Made by a program: the position numbers and the translations under genes. From Betaproteobacteria bacterium (lineage in GTDB: Bacteria; Pseudomonadota; Gammaproteobacteria; Burkholderiales; SG8-39), in contig JAOUIL010000007.1 in NCBI GenBank assembly GCA_029883975.1, positions 1,627 through 65,626 on the forward strand: a stretch of DNA of 64,000 nucleotides, read 5' to 3'. The notes beneath the pieces were generated by a model that saw only the letters and a program-made list of their open reading frames with translations, made no database searches and was not told the origin of the DNA. Below are positions 16,764 through 26,990 of the stretch, piece after piece; the first letter of the stretch is position 1; each line of letters opens with the position of its first letter.

Positions 16764-17743
16764 GCGCGCTGCCTGCGCTGCAGGCGCTCGCCGCGCGCCA
16801 CCGGCTGCGCTGGTGGGAGGCGCTGCCCTGGGCTGCGGGCGTCGCCTGCTTCTTCCTGTTTCCCAATTACCTGGCGTTCGGCACGCAGGTGCTGGTGACG
16901 ATCCTGTTCGCGCTGTCGCTCGACCTGGTGCTCGGCTACGCGGGCATCGTCACGCTCGGCCATGCCGCCTTCTTCGGCGCCGGCGCCTACACGGTCGGCA
17001 TGCTCGCCGCGCACTGGGGATGGACCGAGCCGCTCTCCGGCCTAGTCGCGGCGGCGCTGGTCGCCGGCGTCGTCGGCCTGCTGAGCGGCTGGGTGCTGCT
17101 GCGCACGCACGGCCTGACGCTGCTGATGCTCACGTTGTGCACCATGGCGCTGCTCGAGCAGGCGGCGAACATGTTTTCGTCGTGGACCGGGGGGTTCGAC
17201 GGCATGCCCGGGCTGTCGTACCGGCCGATCCTCGGCCTGTTCGAGTTCGACGTGCTCTATTTCCGCTCGCAGTACCTGTACGCGCTGGCGGTGCTGCTCC
17301 TGTGCTTCGCCGTCGTGCGCACCTTGGCGTACTCGCCGTTCGGCCGCAGCCTGACCGGCATCCGCGAGAACGTGCTGCGCATGCACGCGGTGGGCGCGCC
17401 GGTGCATGCGCGCCAGGTGACCGCCTACGCGGTCTCCGCCGCGCTCGCGGGCGTCGCCGGCGCGGTGTTCGTGCAGGCCACGGGCTACGTCAATCTGGCG
17501 GTGCTCGGGCTGGAGCGCGCGGCCGGCGTGCTCATCATCCTGATCCTCGGCGGCCACGGGCGGCTGTACGGCGCCTTCGTCGGCGCCGTCGTCTACATGG
17601 TGCTCGAGCACACGCTGTCCAAGGCCTATCCGACGGCGTGGCAACTCGGCCTCGGCATCGGGCTGATGCTGGTCGCGCTCTACGCGCGCAACGGCCTGCT
17701 CGGCCTGGGCGACGCGCTGCGGCGCCGCTGGAGCGCGCGATGA
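16760..17743 (+). CDS. branched-chain amino acid-type ABC permease (LivM-like)
   Basis: ATG 16760 overlaps the LivH-like stop (ATGA). Contains LVLGYAGIVTLGHAAFFGAGAY. Confidence 0.9.
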   Translation: MSALPALQALAARHRLRWWEALPWAAGVACFFLFPNYLAFGTQVLVTILFALSLDLVLGYAGIVTLGHAAFFGAGAYTVGMLAAHWGWTEPLSGLVAAALVAGVVGLLSGWVLLRTHGLTLLMLTLCTMALLEQAANMFSSWTGGFDGMPGLSYRPILGLFEFDVLYFRSQYLYALAVLLLCFAVVRTLAYSPFGRSLTGIRENVLRMHAVGAPVHARQVTAYAVSAALAGVAGAVFVQATGYVNLAVLGLERAAGVLIILILGGHGRLYGAFVGAVVYMVLEHTLSKAYPTAWQLGLGIGLMLVALYARNGLLGLGDALRRRWSAR

Positions 17744-18495
17744 TCCCGGCGCTGCTCGAAACGCAGGCGCTGTGCAGGAGCTTCGGCGCCCTGCAAGTGG
17801 CAAACAACGTCGACTTCCGCCTGGAGGCGGGCGCGCGCCATGCCCTGATCGGGCCGAACGGGGCCGGCAAGACGACCTTCGTCAACCTGCTGACCGGCGT
17901 GATCGCGCCCTCGAGCGGCCGCGTGCTGCTCGACGGCGAGGACGTCACGCGCCTCGCGCAGGCCAGGCGCGTGCAGCGCGGCATCGCGCGCACCTTCCAG
18001 ATCAACCAGCTGTTCCGCGGCCTGACGGTGCTGGAGAACGTGTGCATCGCAGTGGCCGAGCGCATGCGCGCCGGGGGCGGCATGCTGCGCCCGGCCGGGC
18101 GCCGCACGCACGTCGTGGACGAGGCGGCGCGCGTGCTGGAAACGCTGCGGCTTTCGGCCGACGCGGGCCGGCGCGTGTCCGAACTGCCCTACGGGCGCCA
18201 GCGCCTCGTGGAGATCGCCATTGCGCTCGGGCTCGCGCCGCGCGTGCTGCTGCTGGACGAGCCCGCGGCCGGCATTCCGAGCGCCGAGAGCCACATCCTG
18301 CTGGACGCGATCGCGGGACTGCCGCGCGACATCGCGGTGCTGATCATCGAGCACGACATGGACCTGGTGTTCCGCTTCGCGCAGCGCATCACGGTGCTGG
18401 TGAGCGGGACGTTGTTCGCCGAAGGCACGCCCGCCGAGATCGCCGGCAACCGCGAGGTGCGCGAAGTCTACCTGGGAGCCGCGCGCGATGGCTGA
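17740..18495 (+). CDS. ABC transporter ATP-binding protein (LivG-like)
   Basis: ATG 17740 overlaps the upstream stop (ATGA). Walker A GPNGAGKTT and Walker B LLLDEPAAG are present. Confidence 0.9.
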   Translation: MIPALLETQALCRSFGALQVANNVDFRLEAGARHALIGPNGAGKTTFVNLLTGVIAPSSGRVLLDGEDVTRLAQARRVQRGIARTFQINQLFRGLTVLENVCIAVAERMRAGGGMLRPAGRRTHVVDEAARVLETLRLSADAGRRVSELPYGRQRLVEIAIALGLAPRVLLLDEPAAGIPSAESHILLDAIAGLPRDIAVLIIEHDMDLVFRFAQRITVLVSGTLFAEGTPAEIAGNREVREVYLGAARDG

Positions 18496-19189
18496 CGCGC
18501 TGCGGCTCGCGGGAGTGCGCGCCGGCTACGGCGAGACGCACGTGCTGCAGGACGTCGGCGTGGCGCTCGCCGCGGGCGAAAGCCTGTCCATCATCGGCAG
18601 GAACGGCGTGGGCAAGTCGACGCTGCTCGCCACGGTGATGGGGCACACGACGCTGCACGGCGGCTCGATCGAGCTGCGCGGCGAGCGCATCGAGCGGCTG
18701 CCGCCCTTCCGGCGCTCGCTTGCCGGCCTCGCCTACGTGCCGCAGGAGCGCGAGATCTTCCCCTCGCTCTCGGTGCGCGAGAACCTCGACATCGGCGCGC
18801 GCCCCGGGCACTGGACCGCGGCGCGCGTCTTCGAGCTGTTTCCCAACCTGCGCGAGCGGCTGGCGCACGGCGGCACGCAGCTTTCCGGTGGCGAGCAGCA
18901 GATGCTGGCCGTCGCGCGCGCGCTGCTCACCAACCCCGCGGTGTTGCTGATGGACGAGCCTACCGAGGGCCTTGCCCCCGTGATCGTGCAGGCGCTGGTC
19001 AGCGTGCTGGCGAAGCTGCGCGCGGCGGGAGGGCTGTCGATCGTGCTGGTGGAGCAGAACAGCCGCGTGGCGCTCGATTTCTCCGAGCGCACGGTGGTGA
19101 TGGACAAGGGCCGCATCGTCTACGACGGCCCTTCCGCGCGGCTGCGCGCCGATCCGGACCTGCTCGCCCGGCTGGTGGCCGCGGAATGA
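18488..19189 (+). CDS. ABC transporter ATP-binding protein (LivF-like)
   Basis: Walker A GRNGVGKST, signature LSGGEQQML and Walker B LLMDEPTEGL. It overlaps the upstream gene by 8 nt. Confidence 0.9.
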   Translation: MADALRLAGVRAGYGETHVLQDVGVALAAGESLSIIGRNGVGKSTLLATVMGHTTLHGGSIELRGERIERLPPFRRSLAGLAYVPQEREIFPSLSVRENLDIGARPGHWTAARVFELFPNLRERLAHGGTQLSGGEQQMLAVARALLTNPAVLLMDEPTEGLAPVIVQALVSVLAKLRAAGGLSIVLVEQNSRVALDFSERTVVMDKGRIVYDGPSARLRADPDLLARLVAAE

Positions 19190-19248
19190 CGCTTGTTCTT
19201 TCCCGCGGGCATCTCGTAGACTGGCGCCATCAACCAGGAGGTGGAACC

Positions 19249-21074
<1,826 letters not shown>

Positions 21075-21078
<4 letters not shown>

Positions 21079-21305
21079 CCGCGCTGGCGCGCCTGCAGCG
21101 CGCGCACGATCTCCCCCGGCTCCGGGTAGCGCGCGTCGCGATGCTTGGAGAAGATCAGCTCGCCGTCGCAGGCGACGTCGAAGATCCCGTTCTTGCCCTT
21201 GGCGAGCTCGGCCTCGACTCCCAGCGCCTGCCTGATCTCGGCAGCCAGACTGGCCGCCCGGGGCAGGTAGTTTCAGGGAACGCAGTAGGTGATGACGATC
21301 TTCAC
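21075..21305 (-). CDS. SelW/Rdx-family thioredoxin-like protein with in-frame TGA (candidate selenocysteine, CxxU)
   Basis: Hand translation from GTG 21305 gives VKIVITYCVP-TGA-NYLPRAASLAAEIRQALGVEAELAKGKNGIFDVACDGELIFSKHRDARYPEPGEIVRALQARQRG-TAG. It matches the Rdx/SelW-like layout: a beta-strand, then CxxC/U, then the RAxxLxxxL helix, then ...DGELIFSK...FPEP. G/C-dominated third codon positions continue across the TGA. It is not in the ORF track because of the TGA. Confidence 0.6.
21227..21267 (-). promoter_or_regulatory. SECIS-like stem-loop downstream of the in-frame UGA
   Basis: In the mRNA sense the sequence after the UGA is AACUA[CCUGCC]CCG[GGCGGCC]AGUCU[GGCUGCC]GAGAUCA[GGCAGG]. It has a 7-bp inner stem (one G-U) with the 5-nt loop AGUCU starting 21 nt after the UGA, plus a 6-bp outer stem. 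Confidence 0.4.
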
Positions 21306-21409
21306 GGCCGGACCATTGTAGACCCGCGGCCGCCGCGCGGAAACACGCCGGCAACAATCCGGGCACGTGGCGACATCGGCGCATTACCCGGGCTGCCTAG
21401 CATGCCGGC

Positions 21410-22666
21410 ATGGAAACCCGACAACTCGCTTCGCAACGCGCCCAGGGCTGGCTGCTCGTCGCCGCCGCCGTGGCGCTCCTCGCCGTCACCATGGGCTCGC
21501 GCACGGTGTTCGGCCTGTTCATCTCCCCGCTCAACTCGGCCACGGGCATGGGCATCGCCGCGATCAGCCTCGCGGTGGCGGTCAGCCAGCTCACCTGGGG
21601 CCTCGCGCAACCGCTCGCTGGCGTCCTCGCCGAGCGTTACGGCGCCGCGCGCGTCATCGCCGCGGGCTGTGTGCTCGCTGCCGGTTGCGGAGCGCTGCTG
21701 CCGCTCGCCGGCAGCGCCGTCACCTTGTCGGTGATCCTCGGTTTCGCGGGCGTCGCGGCGACCGTGGGCAGCCCGTCGCTGCTCGTCGGCACGGTGAGCG
21801 CGCGCTTCACCCCGGAGAAGCGCGGCCTGGTGGCCGGCATCGTCGGCGCGGGCGGTCCGCTCGGGCAACTGCTGCTCGCTCCGGCGACCCAGGGTCTGAT
21901 CACGCTGGCGGGCTGGACCACCGCCATGTTTTCCGTCGCGGCGCTCTCGATTGCCGCGCTGCCGCTCGCGCTCGCCTTCCGCCGCCGGCCGGCGCCGGCC
22001 GGCGCGCCGCGCGCGGCAGATCAGCCGAGCGCCACGGTGCGCGAGGCGCTTGCCAGCCGCGAGTTCTGGCTGATCAACGCCACGTTCTTCGTTTGCGGCG
22101 TGCACGTGTTCTTCCTTGTGACGCACTTGCCCGGCGTGATCGAGTTGTGCGGCCTGCCCGCGAGCGTCTCCGGCGTCGCGCTCGCGCTGCTGGGCCTGTT
22201 CAATATCGTCGGCAGCGTCGGCGCGGGGTGGGTCATCCAGCGCTTCTCCATGCAGCGCACGCTGTCGTTGTTGTTCGCCGCGCGCGCGATCGGCGTGGGG
22301 CTGTTCCTGGTCGCGCCCAAGACGGAGCTCACGGTGTTCGCGTTCTCGGTGTGGATGGGCGTCACCTACATGGCGGTGCTGCCGCCCACGGCCGGGCTGG
22401 TCGCCAAGCTGTTCGGCGCCGGCCGCCTGGCGACGCTGCTCGGCGTGGTGTTCATGCTGCACCAGGTCGGGGCGTTCCTCGGCTCGTGGTTGGGCGGCGT
22501 GGCGCTCGAGCTGACCGGCAGCTACGACACCATGTGGCAACTCGACGTGCTGCTCGCGCTCCTCGCCGCGGTGGTCAGCCTCACGATTCCCGGGCAGCGC
22601 GGCGCGCCGCGTGAGCAGCCCATCGCTCCCGCAGCGCTTCCACCCACATCGCCAGCGCGGGCGTAA
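21410..22666 (+). CDS. MFS transporter
   Basis: 418 aa with about 12 hydrophobic segments in an MFS-type two-halves layout. Confidence 0.85.
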   Translation: METRQLASQRAQGWLLVAAAVALLAVTMGSRTVFGLFISPLNSATGMGIAAISLAVAVSQLTWGLAQPLAGVLAERYGAARVIAAGCVLAAGCGALLPLAGSAVTLSVILGFAGVAATVGSPSLLVGTVSARFTPEKRGLVAGIVGAGGPLGQLLLAPATQGLITLAGWTTAMFSVAALSIAALPLALAFRRRPAPAGAPRAADQPSATVREALASREFWLINATFFVCGVHVFFLVTHLPGVIELCGLPASVSGVALALLGLFNIVGSVGAGWVIQRFSMQRTLSLLFAARAIGVGLFLVAPKTELTVFAFSVWMGVTYMAVLPPTAGLVAKLFGAGRLATLLGVVFMLHQVGAFLGSWLGGVALELTGSYDTMWQLDVLLALLAAVVSLTIPGQRGAPREQPIAPAALPPTSPARA

Positions 22667-25600
22667 GCAGCATCTGCATCATCGTGCCGAGCAGCACGCC
22701 GACGCCGATCGACACGGCGAGCGGGATGAGGAACTGCGCCTGGATGCTCTTCTCGACGATCAACGGGAAGATGCCGAGGAAGGTGGTGACCGCCGTCAGC
22801 AGGATCGGCCGGAAGCGGCTCTTGCACGCGTCCTGGATGGCCTGGGCGGCCGGCTTGCCGCGCTCGCGCTCCTCGTTGATGAAGTCGATCAGCACCAGCG
22901 AGCCGTTGACGATGATGCCGGCGAGGCCGACCACGCCGAACAGGCTCGTCAGGCCCATGGAAAGGCCCATCACCAGGTGGCCGACCACCGCGCCCACCAG
23001 GCCGAACGGGATCGAGGCGAGCACGATCAGCGGCTGGACATAGGAGCGGAAGGCGAGCGCGAGCAGCGCGTACATGCCGAACAGCGCCAGCACGAAGTTG
23101 CGCGCCAGCGACGGCAGCGTGCGCCCCTGCTCGCGCTGCTCGCCGCCCATTGCGTAGCTGAGGCCCGGGATCTCGCGCTGCAGGGCGGGGATCACCTCGT
23201 CCGTCAGTCGCGTGTTGACCTGCTGCCCGGTGATCACGCGGCTGTCCACCTCGGCGAGCACCGTCGACACGCGCCGGCCGTCGCGGCGCACGATGGTCGA
23301 GGGCCCGTAGCCGAGCGTGAGCTCCGCCACCTCGTGCAGCGGCACGAAGCCACCCGCGGGCGTGCGGATGCGGTGGCGCGCCAGGTCGGCGAGCGACGCG
23401 CGCTCGGCGCGCGGCAGGCGCACGTAGACGCGCACCTCGTCGCGCCCGCGCTGCACGCGCAGCGCTTCCGCCCCGAAGAACGCGGCGCGCACCTGCAGCG
23501 AGAGCGACTCGAGAGTCAGGCCGAGCGCGCGCGCCGAGGGCTTGAGCTGGAACTGCACCTCCTGCTTGCCGGGATCGCGGTCGTCGCGCACGTCGAACAC
23601 GCCGTCGATGCGGCGCAGCTCGTCCTGCAGCGCCTGCGTCGCCTGCGCTAGGCCCTGGGGCGTGCGCGCCGAGAGCTCGATCTGCACCGGCGAGCCGAGC
23701 TGGATGACGTTCGAGGCGAAGGTGAGCTTGCGCACGCGCGGCGGCGTGCCGGCCAGCTCGCGCCAGCGCCGCTCGAACTCGCCCGAGGTGATGCTGCGCA
23801 CCTCCGGGTCGAGCAGCTCGAAGACGATGGACGCCTTGTTGCCCTGCAGCAGGCCGAGCGCGCCGGCCGCGCCGGGACCGGTCGCCTCCTGCTGGCCGAC
23901 GGTGACGTACACGGCGTTGACCAGGTCGCGCCCGCTCGGGTCGGGCAGGCTCGCCGCCGCCTCGCGCCCGGCGCGCTCCAGGGCGAGCGCCGCGACGAGC
24001 GTGGTCTCGGCGGTCGCGCCGGGCCGCAGCTCGAGCGAGGCGGTCACGTAGCGCCCCTCGACCTGCGGGAAGAAGACGAACTTCAGGTGCCCGGCGGTGA
24101 CGGTGCCGAGCGCGAGCAGGAAGATGGAGGCCGCCGCGGCGATCACCACGCCGTAGTGCGCCGTGGAGAAGCGCAGCGCCGCGTCGAGCGGGCCGTCGAC
24201 GAAGCGCCGCAGGCCGCGGTCGGTCGCGTGGCGCAGGTCGGCCAGCCAGGCGCCGATCCGGGTGCGCGGCGTGAATCCGGCGATGCGCAGGTGCGCGAGG
24301 TGATGCGGCAGGATGAGCATCGCCTCGAGCACCGAGATCATGAGCACGATGATCACCACCGCCGGGATCTGGTAGAGGAACTTTCCGAGCGTGCCGGGCG
24401 CGAACAGCAGCGGCACGAAGGCCGCGACCGTGGTCGACACGGCGAGCGCCACCGGCAGCGCGACGCGCTGGCTGCCGCGCACCGCGGCCTCGACCTCGGG
24501 CGTGCCACGCTCGTTCTCGGCGTAGATGTTCTCGCCGGTGACGATGGCGTCGTCGACCACGATGCCGATCGCCAGGATGAAGCCGAACAGCGACATCATG
24601 TTGATCGACAGGCCGACGAACGGCATGACCGCGAACGTGCCGACGAAGGCGACGAAAATGCCGGCCGACACCCAGAGCGCGAGGCGCAGGTCGAGGAACA
24701 GCGCCAGCGCCGCCAGCACCAGCGCGAGGCCGAGCGCGCCGTTCTTCAGCAGCAGGTCCATGCGGTTGCGGAACTCCACCGAGTCGTCGCGCCACACGAG
24801 CACCTCGATGCCCGGCGGCACGCTCGCCCGCAGCTCGGCGAGGTAGGCGTTCACCTGGCGCACGACGTCGAGCACCTTGTCCTCGCCGACGCGGAACACC
24901 TGCACGAAGGCCGCCGGCTTGCCGTTGAAGCGCATGATCAGGTCGTCGTCGCGGAAGCCGTCGTCGATGCGCGCGATGTCGGCCAGGCGCACGCGCGCGC
25001 CCGTCGCCGACGAGACGACGACCACGCGCTCGAAGTCGGCGCGGTCGTAGTTGCGGCCGCGCGCGCGCAGCAGGATCGACTCGCCGCCCGCCTTGATGTC
25101 GCCGCTCGGCAGGTCGAGGCTCGAGCGCTTGAGCGTCGCCGCGATGTCCTGCAGCGTCAGGCCGTAGGCGCGCAGCGTGTCGTTGGCCACCTCGACCGAG
25201 ATCTCGTAGTCGCGCACGCGCGCCACCTGCACCAGCGAGATGCCGGGCGCGCCGGTGAGGTCGTCCTTGATGCGGTAGGCCATCTCGCGCAGCGTGGCCT
25301 CGCTCGCATCGCCATAGACCGCGAGCTCGATCACGCGCTGACGCGAGACCAGCTCCTTGATCTCCGGCCGCTCCGCCTCGGCGGGAAAGGTGGTGATGCG
25401 GTCGACCGCCGCCTTGACCTCGTCGAGCTTGGCGGCGGCGCTCACGCCGCGCATCAGCTCGATGCGCACCACGCCGGCGCCCTCGGCGGCGATCGAGGTG
25501 ACGCGGTCGATGCCGTCCAGGCCCTCGATCTGCTCCTCGATCTTCTGCGCGATTGCTTCCTCGACCTCGTCGGGCGCGGCGCCCGGGTAGAGCACGCGCA

Positions 25601-25730
25601 CCTCGAGCACGTCGAGCTCGACGAGCGGAAACACCTCCTGCTTCATGGTGAGCGCGCTCGACACCCCGGCGATGAGGATGAACAGCATCAGCAGGTTGGC
25701 GGCCACCGGGTGGCGCGCCATCCAGGCCAT
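22581..25730 (-). CDS. RND efflux transporter permease (AcrB/AcrD/AcrF family)
   Basis: 1049 aa from ATG 25730 (MAWMARHPVAANLLMLFILIAG...), with typical RND large periplasmic loops and 12 TM helices. The track ORF has a spurious 165-aa extension. Confidence 0.9.
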   Translation of the reverse strand: MAWMARHPVAANLLMLFILIAGVSSALTMKQEVFPLVELDVLEVRVLYPGAAPDEVEEAIAQKIEEQIEGLDGIDRVTSIAAEGAGVVRIELMRGVSAAAKLDEVKAAVDRITTFPAEAERPEIKELVSRQRVIELAVYGDASEATLREMAYRIKDDLTGAPGISLVQVARVRDYEISVEVANDTLRAYGLTLQDIAATLKRSSLDLPSGDIKAGGESILLRARGRNYDRADFERVVVVSSATGARVRLADIARIDDGFRDDDLIMRFNGKPAAFVQVFRVGEDKVLDVVRQVNAYLAELRASVPPGIEVLVWRDDSVEFRNRMDLLLKNGALGLALVLAALALFLDLRLALWVSAGIFVAFVGTFAVMPFVGLSINMMSLFGFILAIGIVVDDAIVTGENIYAENERGTPEVEAAVRGSQRVALPVALAVSTTVAAFVPLLFAPGTLGKFLYQIPAVVIIVLMISVLEAMLILPHHLAHLRIAGFTPRTRIGAWLADLRHATDRGLRRFVDGPLDAALRFSTAHYGVVIAAAASIFLLALGTVTAGHLKFVFFPQVEGRYVTASLELRPGATAETTLVAALALERAGREAAASLPDPSGRDLVNAVYVTVGQQEATGPGAAGALGLLQGNKASIVFELLDPEVRSITSGEFERRWRELAGTPPRVRKLTFASNVIQLGSPVQIELSARTPQGLAQATQALQDELRRIDGVFDVRDDRDPGKQEVQFQLKPSARALGLTLESLSLQVRAAFFGAEALRVQRGRDEVRVYVRLPRAERASLADLARHRIRTPAGGFVPLHEVAELTLGYGPSTIVRRDGRRVSTVLAEVDSRVITGQQVNTRLTDEVIPALQREIPGLSYAMGGEQREQGRTLPSLARNFVLALFGMYALLALAFRSYVQPLIVLASIPFGLVGAVVGHLVMGLSMGLTSLFGVVGLAGIIVNGSLVLIDFINEERERGKPAAQAIQDACKSRFRPILLTAVTTFLGIFPLIVEKSIQAQFLIPLAVSIGVGVLLGTMMQMLLTPALAMWVEALRERWAAHAARRAARES

Positions 25731-25738
25731 CAGTCCCC

Positions 25739-26932
25739 TCACGGCGCGGCGCGGCCGGCGGCGCCGATCTCGCGCACCGCCAGGCCCTCGGTGACCACCT
25801 TCAGGTCGGTGACGACCACGCGCGCGCCCGCGGGCAGGCCGTCGGCCGCGACCACCACGCGCTCGCCCGCATCCTGCAGCACGCGCACGGGCCGGATGGA
25901 GACGCGGTTGCCCTCGCCGAGCAGCCACAGCACGCCGCCGTCGCGCAGCGCGCGGCGCGGCACGAGCGCGTGCCGGCCGGCATCGGCGCCCGCGATGTCC
26001 ACGCTCGCGTACATGCCGAGCAGCAGCGGCGGCGCGGCGGCCGGGTCGCCGGAGAGCGGCGTGCCGCGCGCGCCCGGCTGGTCCACGCGCACCACGACGC
26101 TGAAGGTCCGGGTCGCGCTGTCCACGGCCGCCTCGACGCGGTCCACGCGCGCCGGCCACTGGTAGACGCCGTTGCCGTGAGACACGCGCACGCGCGCCTC
26201 GGCGCCGGCGGTGCCGCCGCGCCACAGATCGGCGATCAGCGCCATGTCCCGGTCCGAGAGCGACACCGCGATCTCCAGAGCGCCGTCGGCGAAGATGCGC
26301 GCCAGCTCCTTGCCGGGCTGCACGGTCTCGCCGGCATCGACGCGCTCGGCGAGCACCTTGCCGTCGAACGGCGCGCGCACCACGGCGCGCTCCAGGTCCA
26401 GGCGCCGCTGGTGCGCAAGCGCCTGCGCGCGCTCGAGCGCGGCGGCCGCCTGGTCGCGGGCCGCCATGCGCTCATCCAGCGTCTGTTGCGAGAGGTAGCT
26501 CTTGGCGATCAGCTCGCGCGTGCGCTCGAGCAGCTGCTCGGCGAGCCGCAGCGCCGCGCGCGCCGACGCCAGCTCGGCCTCGGCCTGCGCCAGCGCAGCG
26601 CGAAACGGCGCCTCGTCCAGGCGCACCAGCACCTGGCCGCGCTTGATGACGCCGCCGGTGACCAGCGCGGGGCTGACGAAGCTCACGCGCCCGGAGACTT
26701 CGGCGCCCACCACCACCTCGGCGCGCGGGCGCACCAGGCCGTTGCCGCTCACCGTGAGCGCGCCGCTGCGGAACTCGAGCGCCTCGGCCTGCACCAGCGG
26801 GAGTTGCTGCACCGGCGCGCGCACGGCCGGCTTGGGCTTCAACTTGTTGAGCGCCACGAAGCCGCCGGCACCGACGGCGAGGATCAGCGCGGTGACGATG
26901 CGCCAGAACCAGCGCGAAGAGGCCGTTGCCAT
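25739..26932 (-). CDS. efflux RND periplasmic adaptor (membrane fusion protein, HlyD family)
   Basis: Starts at ATG 26932 (MATASSRWFWRIVTALILAVG... TM anchor). It has a coiled-coil hairpin region and lies 8 nt upstream of the RND gene. Confidence 0.85.
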   Translation of the reverse strand: MATASSRWFWRIVTALILAVGAGGFVALNKLKPKPAVRAPVQQLPLVQAEALEFRSGALTVSGNGLVRPRAEVVVGAEVSGRVSFVSPALVTGGVIKRGQVLVRLDEAPFRAALAQAEAELASARAALRLAEQLLERTRELIAKSYLSQQTLDERMAARDQAAAALERAQALAHQRRLDLERAVVRAPFDGKVLAERVDAGETVQPGKELARIFADGALEIAVSLSDRDMALIADLWRGGTAGAEARVRVSHGNGVYQWPARVDRVEAAVDSATRTFSVVVRVDQPGARGTPLSGDPAAAPPLLLGMYASVDIAGADAGRHALVPRRALRDGGVLWLLGEGNRVSIRPVRVLQDAGERVVVAADGLPAGARVVVTDLKVVTEGLAVREIGAAGRAAP

Positions 26933-26990
26933 GGAGAAGCCGGAATTGTATCGGCTCGCGCCGCCCACCCGCGGTGCTATTCTCCAGCGC

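Noticed and set aside
22522-26225. ORFs 22522..24795 (-), 22611..23651 (+) and 24087..26165 (+), plus the 165-codon extension of the RND ORF.
   Set aside because: They are in an alternative frame or antisense to the RND permease. The extension is Arg-rich and precedes the canonical RND N-terminus MAWMARHPVAANLLM.
26931-26990. Possible longer BVMO N-terminus starting at ATG 26931, with AAGAGG 10 nt upstream. Its start codon would share CCATGG with the divergent adaptor gene.
   Set aside because: Typical class B monooxygenases have only a few residues before the GxGxxG strand, and the shorter start leaves a 58-bp spacer for two promoters. The longer start cannot be excluded without alignments.
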